Virus record (IMG/VR): IMGVR_UViG_3300043772_001024
Location: 1 to 64,000 of that record
Source of the DNA: a virus
Strand: one strand, 5' to 3'
Length of the DNA: 64,000 nt
Shown here in pieces: positions 37,240 to 46,996 of this stretch (position 1 is its first letter; each line of letters begins with the position of its first letter). The notes under the pieces are model-generated. The model ran no database searches, was not told the origin of the DNA, and was given only the letters and a program-made list of their open reading frames with translations. Both the position numbers and the translations under genes were made by a program.

Positions 37240-40200
37240 TTAACATTCTAGATCATCTAACAAAGCATTAACTGTCTCATCTACTGTGATATTTTTATCT
37301 GCAACTTCTTGTTCTAAAGCTGTCTGTGCTGTAACATCATTAAGCAATGTAGATACAACATCAGTTGACTCTTTAGATAGATTTTGAAGATCTTTATCAG
37401 CCGGCTGAGTTGTTGGTGCCTCACCTTCAGTAAATAGATCACTATTTAATTTAAACATTTTATTTAACATATCAATAGAAATTGTCTTTTGATTTTTCTT
37501 ACCATATGGTTTTATTGTAACTGTACCTTTAACTATATCAATACTGCTAATAACTGCTGTCTCAAATGGCTCTAAAAATACTTCACCTCTATTCTTACCT
37601 TTGTCTGCAAATATAGTACTTTCACTGTGAACTTGGTTTCCGATACTCCAAGATTTTTCTTGCGTTGCAGCTTTTCCCCCTGAAAGTAAGTTACTCCTTT
37701 TTTGTTCTAACATTTGCTGCACTTGGAACAACTCATCAGCTGTCATGTCAAGAGAGTTCATACCAAGTTGAAGTTCAATAAAGTCTAACTGATCTGTGTC
37801 TTTAGCTTTGTTTATTCTATCCTCATACTCTTTAACTTTTGCAGAAGTATCAGTTGGAGTTCCTGTTGGTACACCACTACCTTCTTCATAGTCAGTAGGT
37901 TCTACTTGTTCTCCCTCAGCTTTATTTACTATGTTAGATACACTTGGAGAAACAGGTACACTACTAACAGTAGGTTTAGACTTCAATGGTATGATACTGT
38001 CTATTTGAGCCTGCATTTCTGGAGAAACAGGTAGGTCAATAAGTATCTTACCTGCTTTAAGTGCATTGGCTGAACTTGGTCTTGAAGCTTTTAATATCTT
38101 ACCTGTGTTTCTATCTATTTGAGTTTCAACTGGTAATATTTTTGGAATAGCTTTAACACCAATCATATTGTATAACAAGTTTACATAAGATGCTTGTTGC
38201 AATGTATTAGATACTTTGCTTGAATAATATTCACTATTAGGATCATTATACTTATCCCACTTATCTTGCTTACCTGTTTTTAAATCTACTATGTAAAAGT
38301 TTTTACCATCAGATAGTAGGAAGTCAATCTCCCCGGCAACATTTGCATCCTTGTCATACACAACAAGACCTCTGGATACTATAATTAATTTATTAGTATC
38401 CATCCATTGTTTCATAATCTGGAATAAACCATTTTCACCAAATAGGTTTTCATAAGCTTCCTCACTAATTTTATCTGCTTCAAATTTTGGTTTTCTACCT
38501 GCAAGAAACTCTTTAGATAAGTCATCTATGTATGTTCCTGCATCTGTCTCTTCATTGTATGTTTTTTCTGTTACTGCTCTTTCTACACTTTCTAAAAGTG
38601 TATCTGGAGTTTGTTGAGCTTTTTTAACCTCAGAAGGTGTGACATCTGGAAGCCCGGCAGACAATTGTAACAACATATTAGACTGGGCATCACTCATTTC
38701 ATTAGGGTATCCCTGGTACCCTGAAGTATCATTCCAATCAGCAATTATCTTATTCAGCTCTTCTTTAGATTTTATTTGACCTGACTTGATAGCATTTTGC
38801 AAATTACCAAAGAATATAAATGATAAGTTAGGACCTGTAATACCTATTTGGTTTCTTGAAGTAGCAACTAACTCTTCATAAGTTACAGGAGTTTCAACAG
38901 GAACTTCTTCTTCAATTTGGCTCTCAATTGCAGCTATCTGATTTCTTATTTCCTGAGCTAATTCAGGATTACCAAACTCACCTTCTTCTACTTTAAGATC
39001 TTCTCTTAAACTATTAAGTTGAAGTTTAAGTACATCTTGATCTGCAGAAGTTATAGTCATTAACTCTTTTATTTCTTCTGCAAGAGCTTCATATGTTTTT
39101 TCACTGAATCCAGGAAGCTTGGCCTCTCTTAATTGATTTATAAAAGCATCTACACCTTTACCTTGACCAATTGTCATGTTAAATGCAACTCTAACATCTT
39201 CCATTTTCTTGTAAGCATATTTCTCACCTTTAAGGCTTTCAATAACATTACTTACTCTTCTTAAAATATCACCCTCTACATCATAGCCGGTTTTCATTGC
39301 TTTAATCTTCTCTTGTTCCTTAAGCAGTAAATCTATTTTAGCTTTAGCTGCTTGGAGCTCAGGACTCATCTCACCAATTCTTTTGTTCTCTATATATGTA
39401 GAAAGTATGTTAGCTTTACTTTTATAAATAGCCAAGTTCTTTCTCTCTTCATCTGTAAGTTGATCGGCAGGTTTTGCACCCAACTCAGCAATTAAAAATC
39501 TATATCTCTGTAGTGTAGTATCTAATATAGCATCAGTAGCATCATCTGCAGATATTACTTCTCCATTAGGTAAAGTAATAGATGGTACAACCACTTCTCC
39601 AGCAGGTGTTGTTGCTGCTTGTAGCTTTTTATCTTTTACATATTTCTCAATTATCTCTAATGCTTCTGACTCAGATTTAATAAATGTTGCAAACTTGTTT
39701 TGTAAATCTTCTTCAGTGAGATTATCCGGAAACATACTTTTATTTTCTGGTCTTGCTCTGTACTCATCATATGCATCAACAAGCTGTTGTTTTAATTCTG
39801 GAGGCATTGCTTCTATTGGGGTATCAGCATTGATTGCATCTAACTCAGCTATTTGTTCTGCTGTGAATGGTTTAATACCTTCTTCAATAGCTTTTTCTGC
39901 AGCCTCAGCTCTTAAAGCATCATATGTCTTTTTTACTTCTGCTACATCTTCATCAGTTGGTCTGTTTAATATTTCAAATATTTCACCACTGTTAAACTTG
40001 ATATCTAATTTTAAGTCAACAGCTTCCCCTTCTGCATTATCATATTTTAATACACCAGCCTGATCTTTAAAAAACACAGCTGTTTTTTGTACTCCATCTT
40101 CTTCATAAGTAACATCAACACTTTGACCATTAGATAATTGATCATTAATAACATTTATGCTGAAATCTTTTTTGTTATCTATTTTTCTTACAACTACTTT

Positions 40201-43200
40201 AGTAGGTACTTTAGGTAATTTATTTATTTCAGATAACTCTTCTGCATCAAGTCTTGCTAATTCTTCTTTTTGTTTTTCACTAGCAGGTTTATTAGCTTCA
40301 AGTATTTGTTGCATAACAGATAAGCCCATGAATCTATTAGCTACTTCCTCATATATAGGACTACCTTTTTTTATTACTCTTTTGTTTACATCATCAAAAA
40401 ATTCAGTAGGTATCACTCCTGTTTCTTTAAATTCTGCAAATGCCTCTAAGTCAACATAAATACCAATAACAGCCATATCATTAAGAAGCTGATTAAACTT
40501 AAGTGTCTCAAGTTGCTTATTAATGTTTTCCCGGATATAGTCTTCTCTGTTGTTCCACATTTCATACATCCAGTCATATGTTCTATCCACATGCTCCATG
40601 AAACCTTCTGGATCATTCATCATGTTTATAGCATCAGATAACTTGTTTGCTTCTTTACCAAGCTTATAGTAATCCACTAATTTTTCAAAAGCATCATCAA
40701 TACTATCATTTAATATAATGTCATCACTTTGTTTAGCTAATGACTTCATGTATTTTTTAAATGAAGACTCTAGTTTATTTATAACTTGATCATCTAGCTC
40801 TAACCTCTTAGCTTTTTCTTCTTCATTACCCGGTTCAACCATGCCTTCTTCAAAGAAATGGGACATAAAGTTTTCATAGTCTTTCTGATACTCTTTTAAA
40901 ACACCTAGTGTATTCTCAGTCTCTTTAAGTTTTCTTTTAGATACTGGATCAGTCATTCCTTTTAAACCTTCAACTTCACTTTCAAGAATCTGTATTTCAC
41001 CCAGTATTCTATCATCTTTTAATAAAGCTTGAACTCTATTAGGATCTATCTTACCAAGTAATTCTTCTTGAGCAATAGCTTGGTAAATACTTTGCATCCT
41101 AGTTACAGTATCCTTATAATTCTCATGATAGAAAATTAAATTCTTTTTACCCTCCTCCCATGCTGCATGATATACAGAAGCTTTCTCATACTCTTTAGTT
41201 CCTTCCTCATAGTCATTAAGATCTATAGGACTAGGGAATTTTTCATTGTATTGTTTATATGTTTTCTCTATCTCTTTGGCTCTATTGATTACCCTATCTA
41301 GTTTTTCAACATGACCTTCTGCTTGCTCAACAGTAATACCAACAGCTTCAGCATACTCTTCAGTAGTCAATTCTTTTAAAGATTCCATATAGTCAGTCCA
41401 TATTTCAAGACTGTCCATTTTAATTAAGTCTGTTACATTTTTAATAACTGCTTCTTCTTTAGCATCTTTTTCTACTTTAGTATCTCCTGTATCTATAACA
41501 TTAGCTAATTCAGTTTGTGTACCTAAAGTAAATACTTTTGACTGAAGAAAATCAAGAGGATTTTTAGCCATGGTATTATTAACTGACTTAGTCATTCTAT
41601 CTACATACCCATCAATCTTAGCTTTATGTGCTTTATACATGTCATTTTTAAAAACTTGCATGTATTTTTCTTGAGCAAAAGGAATAGCTCTATTTAACGG
41701 ATAAGCAAAAGCACCCATCACAAAACCAGATGCAAATGTCTCAAGACCTTGAGCACTAGCTTGTTTACTAAAACCTTCACCTAATATTTCACCAAATGTT
41801 TTATCAGTTTTAAGTTCAGCTAACTGAGCTTTAGTATAATAATAAGATGAAGCAGGTTGAGAATAAAATGCTTGTAAGTGGTAGTTTTTAGATGTATCAG
41901 CAATAACTTCTTGTAGTACTTCTTGAGCACCTTCCATTAAGTTAGCTTTAGTATAACCTATAGCAGCTTTAACTGTTTTTTGAAGACCTTGTTTCTTAGC
42001 TGTTGCCCACGCACCTTTTACAGTAGTTAACTTTGGAGTAAGTAACTCTTTACCAGACTTTAATGTTTTCTTTGTAAACTCTCTCACAGTTGACTGACCT
42101 GCCATCTTTTGAACTTCAGCAACTTTTTTTGAAAGCATTCTAGACAAACCAGATTTAGGATTAAGTACATTACCAAATGTAACTTTATTACTTGCATAAA
42201 TAAGCAGTGTGTTGGCAAGCATTGAATCTTTAGAAGCTTTTTCTGCTTCTGCCATCATAGCATCTCTTAATGCTTGTGGTGGCATCTTACCATTGTTTCT
42301 AGATCTATAATCTTTAACTAATTGGTCATATGTATCATTTCTTGCAAATCCACCCTCAAGTCTAGCTTCAGATAAAGCCATATTTATATTACGGGCATCT
42401 CTGTATAAAGCCCCTGCAGTTTTAAATGCTGCATTATTAAATCTGTTCCAACCTTGTAATTGTTTTACATTTTTAGCAATGTCTATTCCTGTCTCTAATA
42501 AATTTTCAGCAGGGTTGGCAAGCTTTGCAAGACGACCGGCTGCTCTACCAACTTTATTGTCTAAAATATCACCTATCTTAGCAGCATTAAAAAACTCTCT
42601 AGCTTTATGTACATTAGTTAAAGACTTTACAGATCCAGCTACAGATTTACCTAATGTAGCTGTCATATCTGCAACAGTACTAACTCCTTTAATACCCCGC
42701 ATTCCTCTGCCAATTTTAGTTGCTAATCTTCCAAGGTTCGCAATACCACCAACACCACCAGTAAGAGCACTAATTGCCAACTCTTCTGTAAGAGCCTCTC
42801 CAATTATACCTGAAGTATAACCAAAGTTCATTAAACTATTATTAAAGAATGCACCTACTCCACCTGATGTATCTTGTGCAATAGCAGCAGCTTCAGCATA
42901 CTTTCTTGCATCTTCTGGATCATCACCAAAATCTCCTTGCACCATTCTTAATAAACTTTTGGGTCCGGATACAAAACCTCTTGCAAATAAAGGAGCAAAC
43001 CCATGTACTAATGTTCTTTGTGCTCTATCAAAAAAATTTGTTTGAGCATTAAAAGCAGCATCATTATCTTTAAATGGACTAAATCCAATTTTATCAAATG
43101 TCTCTTGACCAAATGCATGATATGTTTTATAGAAAGAACGTCCATCTGCACCAGCATTATAAGTGTATGGTTTTATTTGTTCATTATTAGTATGCAACTG

Positions 43201-43380
43201 CATACCTTTTTCTAAACCTTTAAGTGCTCTAGCTTGAGCTAAATCTTTTAATGATTGTGGTTGACCTTGATTTATATTTAATTTTTTTTCAAAATCATTA
43301 TTTAAGTATGGAGGTGGTGTACCTTTATTACTTTCTGGTGTAACACCGGCTGCAGCTAATAACTCATTACTAAATGGCAT
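37240..43380 (-). CDS. Giant virion/ejection protein (2046 aa) with a PD-(D/E)XK nuclease-like domain
   Basis: Gly/Ala-rich amphipathic N-terminal region; AGEIDFLL, IVDLKTG and LQQASY near the C-terminus. Confidence 0.85.
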   Translation of the reverse strand: MPFSNELLAAAGVTPESNKGTPPPYLNNDFEKKLNINQGQPQSLKDLAQARALKGLEKGMQLHTNNEQIKPYTYNAGADGRSFYKTYHAFGQETFDKIGFSPFKDNDAAFNAQTNFFDRAQRTLVHGFAPLFARGFVSGPKSLLRMVQGDFGDDPEDARKYAEAAAIAQDTSGGVGAFFNNSLMNFGYTSGIIGEALTEELAISALTGGVGGIANLGRLATKIGRGMRGIKGVSTVADMTATLGKSVAGSVKSLTNVHKAREFFNAAKIGDILDNKVGRAAGRLAKLANPAENLLETGIDIAKNVKQLQGWNRFNNAAFKTAGALYRDARNINMALSEARLEGGFARNDTYDQLVKDYRSRNNGKMPPQALRDAMMAEAEKASKDSMLANTLLIYASNKVTFGNVLNPKSGLSRMLSKKVAEVQKMAGQSTVREFTKKTLKSGKELLTPKLTTVKGAWATAKKQGLQKTVKAAIGYTKANLMEGAQEVLQEVIADTSKNYHLQAFYSQPASSYYYTKAQLAELKTDKTFGEILGEGFSKQASAQGLETFASGFVMGAFAYPLNRAIPFAQEKYMQVFKNDMYKAHKAKIDGYVDRMTKSVNNTMAKNPLDFLQSKVFTLGTQTELANVIDTGDTKVEKDAKEEAVIKNVTDLIKMDSLEIWTDYMESLKELTTEEYAEAVGITVEQAEGHVEKLDRVINRAKEIEKTYKQYNEKFPSPIDLNDYEEGTKEYEKASVYHAAWEEGKKNLIFYHENYKDTVTRMQSIYQAIAQEELLGKIDPNRVQALLKDDRILGEIQILESEVEGLKGMTDPVSKRKLKETENTLGVLKEYQKDYENFMSHFFEEGMVEPGNEEEKAKRLELDDQVINKLESSFKKYMKSLAKQSDDIILNDSIDDAFEKLVDYYKLGKEANKLSDAINMMNDPEGFMEHVDRTYDWMYEMWNNREDYIRENINKQLETLKFNQLLNDMAVIGIYVDLEAFAEFKETGVIPTEFFDDVNKRVIKKGSPIYEEVANRFMGLSVMQQILEANKPASEKQKEELARLDAEELSEINKLPKVPTKVVVRKIDNKKDFSINVINDQLSNGQSVDVTYEEDGVQKTAVFFKDQAGVLKYDNAEGEAVDLKLDIKFNSGEIFEILNRPTDEDVAEVKKTYDALRAEAAEKAIEEGIKPFTAEQIAELDAINADTPIEAMPPELKQQLVDAYDEYRARPENKSMFPDNLTEEDLQNKFATFIKSESEALEIIEKYVKDKKLQAATTPAGEVVVPSITLPNGEVISADDATDAILDTTLQRYRFLIAELGAKPADQLTDEERKNLAIYKSKANILSTYIENKRIGEMSPELQAAKAKIDLLLKEQEKIKAMKTGYDVEGDILRRVSNVIESLKGEKYAYKKMEDVRVAFNMTIGQGKGVDAFINQLREAKLPGFSEKTYEALAEEIKELMTITSADQDVLKLQLNSLREDLKVEEGEFGNPELAQEIRNQIAAIESQIEEEVPVETPVTYEELVATSRNQIGITGPNLSFIFFGNLQNAIKSGQIKSKEELNKIIADWNDTSGYQGYPNEMSDAQSNMLLQLSAGLPDVTPSEVKKAQQTPDTLLESVERAVTEKTYNEETDAGTYIDDLSKEFLAGRKPKFEADKISEEAYENLFGENGLFQIMKQWMDTNKLIIVSRGLVVYDKDANVAGEIDFLLSDGKNFYIVDLKTGKQDKWDKYNDPNSEYYSSKVSNTLQQASYVNLLYNMIGVKAIPKILPVETQIDRNTGKILKASRPSSANALKAGKILIDLPVSPEMQAQIDSIIPLKSKPTVSSVPVSPSVSNIVNKAEGEQVEPTDYEEGSGVPTGTPTDTSAKVKEYEDRINKAKDTDQLDFIELQLGMNSLDMTADELFQVQQMLEQKRSNLLSGGKAATQEKSWSIGNQVHSESTIFADKGKNRGEVFLEPFETAVISSIDIVKGTVTIKPYGKKNQKTISIDMLNKMFKLNSDLFTEGEAPTTQPADKDLQNLSKESTDVVSTLLNDVTAQTALEQEVADKNITVDETVNALLDDLEC

Positions 43381-43391
43381 ATCTTAAAATA

Positions 43392-46300
43392 TTAATTATT
43401 TACTGCATTCCCTGAAGACTGCATTTGAATATTTTTTTGTTGTTGACTAAACTTTTTTAAATCATCATACACCCAACCATTTAAGTCATCAATTCCAGAA
43501 CCTAATGCACTTTCTAAATTTGGACCAAATGTGGTACTTCTATTTACTACACTTTCAATTATCTCTCCGTTATAGTCTTTGTATGTAGTTTCTGTAATAT
43601 AATCAGGATCACTAGGATCACCCTTTCTAATTGTAAATGATCCAAGACCACTTGGATGATTCCAAGTATATTTATCATTATATTCAACATGAGATTGTAA
43701 AGCACCCATTGTTGAATTATGCAATGAATTATTAAACTTAGTGTTTGGTGCAATAACAGTTAATCCATTTTGTATAAGTTTATCATAATCAGTTTGCTCA
43801 ATATAACCATTTGGATTTTTTTCTTCATCCAAAAGCATTTCTTTTAAGAACTTCTCTGGAAACTTAATTTTCATAGAACCTTTTGTCATATCTTCAGCAG
43901 CCACTCTTTGAGCTATCATGTCAAATGCATTAGCTTTAGTGCCATGTTCTTTAGTCCACTCCATATAATCATCAAGTAGTCTTTTACCAAGTGCAGAACT
44001 TGTTTCATCATAACTTCTATCAAAGAAGCTTGTTCCAAATATACCTGATTCTATCTTACCTGATTTATACCCAGTAGGACTTGCACCTTCAAAAGATATT
44101 ACATTTTCAAGTCCATCTATTGAGTTTCTTAAGTTAGCCCAATCTTTAGTAAATTCCCAAAATGTAATAGCACCTAATGAATTAGGTTTGCTTAAATCTA
44201 TTCTGGATGAAAGAGCTCTCATACCAAAACCACTACCACCTTCTTCATTAAGTTTTACATAACCAGGTACTTCTCCAATTATGTGTCTATCACCAACATC
44301 TGAATAAATATCTCTTGCACTTTTTGTAAATTGATTCATTATTCTTGCTGATAATATATTGTTTACATCTTCAATTGAATTAGCAACTCTTTCTCTATCT
44401 TCTCCAATTCCTAATTGATACTTAGTAACAGGATTATTACTTTCCATTTTTTCTTTATACTTGTATGTTTCAGGTCTATCTTCATATAGGCCGCTTAGCA
44501 CAGCATTTTGTGCAAACTCAGGAAGCATTTTAAAGGTTGGATCATTCCGCATTTTTTGTTCCTTGTCTTTAGCTTCAATGATAAAGTTAGTTTTTAGTTT
44601 ATAGTTAGAATTAAGATTACCAGACTGATCATACATGTTACCTAACTCTTCTCTTAATCTGGACATGTCAGTACTTAGATACTTACCATTTTTATCAAAC
44701 TTAGCTGTACCAAACTCTTTTATCATAGTAGGATCATTCTTAAGAGAATTATAAACATCATCTGCAACTAACTCTCTTGTTTCATATCTCCATTTTCTTG
44801 AGTCTTGTACATTTTTACTTATAGTATTTGCTATTGCTAGTTCAGTATCTAAGCCTTGTCTCATTGCAGATTTTACTGTTGTAAGGTTAGAATTTTTAGT
44901 TAACCAACTAGTTCCATTAGCAAGAAAAGAAGCCATGTAGTTATCTTTTATATTGTCTGAATACTTTACAGTACCTTCTTTATAACCAGCAAATTTCTTT
45001 TGTTCTATATCCATGGCATCACGGACTTTTTCCCCTTTGTAATTTTTAATGTAAACATCCTGTTTTTCTTTATTAGTATGCTTTAAAAGAAAGTCAACTC
45101 CTTCTGATTCAATTTTTTTCATCAATGCTTTGGGGTCTGTGAATTCATACTCAGGACCACGGCCGGGTTTATAAACACTCCAACCCACAGAACTTTCTGC
45201 AGCTCCAGCAGGTTTAACTAAATCATAAAATTGTTGTTGAGTCATTTCATCATTTTGTATAGCTTGATCATAAACCTTAAGAAGACCCATTATACCAGTT
45301 TTACCTTTTTGATCAAATAAAGTTCCTATACTTTGTTTTTCAACTTTTGATACATCTTGCCCTTTTAAAAAGCCACCCTCTGGATCAAGAAGTTTAAATG
45401 CATCAAAAACATTAAACTCTTGTTGTTCTTCATGTTTTTTTAATGTTGCTTTAGCTTCTGTGATTGCTTGTTGATTTGCTAATGGATTATTAAGAATTTC
45501 TTGTGCCTTAGCTACTTGATCATCACTTACTTTTTTACCTGAGCCTGATCCTGATTTTGAACCACCAGAACTTTTAGGTGCTTTAGGTTCACCGCTATAA
45601 CTAAACTCATCATAATAAGCTTTTGCTTGTATTGCCTCTAGTCTGTTCTGTCCTCTTAATTGTTCTGTTTGATATCTCCAAGAACCAGCTGCATTTATTT
45701 CAGATAGTTGGTGAGCATGTTTAACATCAAGAACAGCATATGGGTTTTCTTTAAAGTCTTCTTTGGCATCCGTGTATGCAAATCTTGTAGCTGCACCCAT
45801 AAGATCTTCATTCATCAACATGTTAGCCATGTTACCGTCCACTACATTTCTAAGTTGATTTATATCTTTGTATGGATTTTGAAATTGTCCAGTACTTGTG
45901 TTACCGCTACTAGAGTATGAGCTGTTAAATTGATTTAATTGTTCATCTAATTTACCCAATATCTCATCATTAACACCTTTTGCTTCTTGGTATTGTTGGA
46001 GTTGTCTTTCTAGTAATGGATCTGAGCCTTGCTCTTTTATTTGCTTTTGTATATCTGCAATTTGTGCATCATACATTTTAGTGTTTGCTTGTTTATCTGC
46101 ATGTCTGCTTTCAGTAAGTTTTTTCATCTTACCATAAGCATCCTTCATATATTCCATTTCTGCTTGTGCCTCTCCTCCATATTTATCAGCTTCACCTTTT
46201 GCAAAGTCTTTACGGTTTACATAAGCTTGTGTTTTATATACAGCTTGTATAGCTGGGTCTCTTCCAAGTTCAGCTTCAAATAAACTTGACAAAGGTTCAA

Positions 46301-46931
46301 TAAGAAGTTGTCCATTTTTATTTTTCATTATCCATTTACCATCTGGACTTAAGCTGGTTTTCTCATATGATAAACCAGCACTCTTTGCTAACTCTCTTGT
46401 TTTCTCAGCTACATTTACATATGGTGTATATACAACATTACCAAACCCCATAGCTTCATCAGCACTGGCATTTTTAAATTCTTCTCTTCTATATTGTAAT
46501 TCTTTTATACCATCACCCCAATATTGTTTTCTAGCTTTTTCATCATCACTTTTATTCAAACCTTCAGCAGCACCATAAGTGTTGTTAAAGTTTTTAGTCC
46601 AAGCCATGTCTTTCATCAAAGCACCATCTTCATAGAAAGGCTTAAATATCTGAGAAGCTTGTTGTACATTTTGTTCTAAAGAAAGATCTAAACCAGCAAT
46701 TCTTTTTAAATCCATATCAATTTGCTGTACTGTAGCATCTCTTTTTTGGATATTGTCATCTCTTGTAAGATCAGCATAATAAAACTGACCATACATTTTA
46801 TTTAACTGCTTGTAATTTGAATCATATTGAGTTTGCTTAAGCTGCAATAAATTAGCAACCATATTCAATCCAGTATCATGTGGTTGAATAGATGGTATTA
46901 TTGACTGAACTCCTTGTAAATAGGTACCCAT
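43392..46931 (-). CDS. Putative ejection/cargo protein (1179 aa)
   Basis: Helical, no Cys seen; first gene of the giant-protein cluster. Confidence 0.75.
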   Translation of the reverse strand: MGTYLQGVQSIIPSIQPHDTGLNMVANLLQLKQTQYDSNYKQLNKMYGQFYYADLTRDDNIQKRDATVQQIDMDLKRIAGLDLSLEQNVQQASQIFKPFYEDGALMKDMAWTKNFNNTYGAAEGLNKSDDEKARKQYWGDGIKELQYRREEFKNASADEAMGFGNVVYTPYVNVAEKTRELAKSAGLSYEKTSLSPDGKWIMKNKNGQLLIEPLSSLFEAELGRDPAIQAVYKTQAYVNRKDFAKGEADKYGGEAQAEMEYMKDAYGKMKKLTESRHADKQANTKMYDAQIADIQKQIKEQGSDPLLERQLQQYQEAKGVNDEILGKLDEQLNQFNSSYSSSGNTSTGQFQNPYKDINQLRNVVDGNMANMLMNEDLMGAATRFAYTDAKEDFKENPYAVLDVKHAHQLSEINAAGSWRYQTEQLRGQNRLEAIQAKAYYDEFSYSGEPKAPKSSGGSKSGSGSGKKVSDDQVAKAQEILNNPLANQQAITEAKATLKKHEEQQEFNVFDAFKLLDPEGGFLKGQDVSKVEKQSIGTLFDQKGKTGIMGLLKVYDQAIQNDEMTQQQFYDLVKPAGAAESSVGWSVYKPGRGPEYEFTDPKALMKKIESEGVDFLLKHTNKEKQDVYIKNYKGEKVRDAMDIEQKKFAGYKEGTVKYSDNIKDNYMASFLANGTSWLTKNSNLTTVKSAMRQGLDTELAIANTISKNVQDSRKWRYETRELVADDVYNSLKNDPTMIKEFGTAKFDKNGKYLSTDMSRLREELGNMYDQSGNLNSNYKLKTNFIIEAKDKEQKMRNDPTFKMLPEFAQNAVLSGLYEDRPETYKYKEKMESNNPVTKYQLGIGEDRERVANSIEDVNNILSARIMNQFTKSARDIYSDVGDRHIIGEVPGYVKLNEEGGSGFGMRALSSRIDLSKPNSLGAITFWEFTKDWANLRNSIDGLENVISFEGASPTGYKSGKIESGIFGTSFFDRSYDETSSALGKRLLDDYMEWTKEHGTKANAFDMIAQRVAAEDMTKGSMKIKFPEKFLKEMLLDEEKNPNGYIEQTDYDKLIQNGLTVIAPNTKFNNSLHNSTMGALQSHVEYNDKYTWNHPSGLGSFTIRKGDPSDPDYITETTYKDYNGEIIESVVNRSTTFGPNLESALGSGIDDLNGWVYDDLKKFSQQQKNIQMQSSGNAVNN

Positions 46932-46978
46932 ATTATAATCTTTCTATATTGTAAAACTATTAAAATTTTATAAGTTTA

Positions 46979-46996
46979 ATAAACCTCTTAAGTTTA
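46979..46996 (-). promoter_or_regulatory. Palindromic element TAAACTT-N3-A(G/A)GTTTAT, copy 1
   Basis: TAAACTTAAGAGGTTTAT upstream of the 1179-aa gene; 16/18 identical to copy 2. Confidence 0.55.

Noticed and set aside
37233-37245. Readthrough or frameshift fusion of the 2046-aa protein to the RNAP
   Set aside because: Tandem stops (TAA TGA), a different frame and no slippery sequence; any linkage is more likely post-translational.
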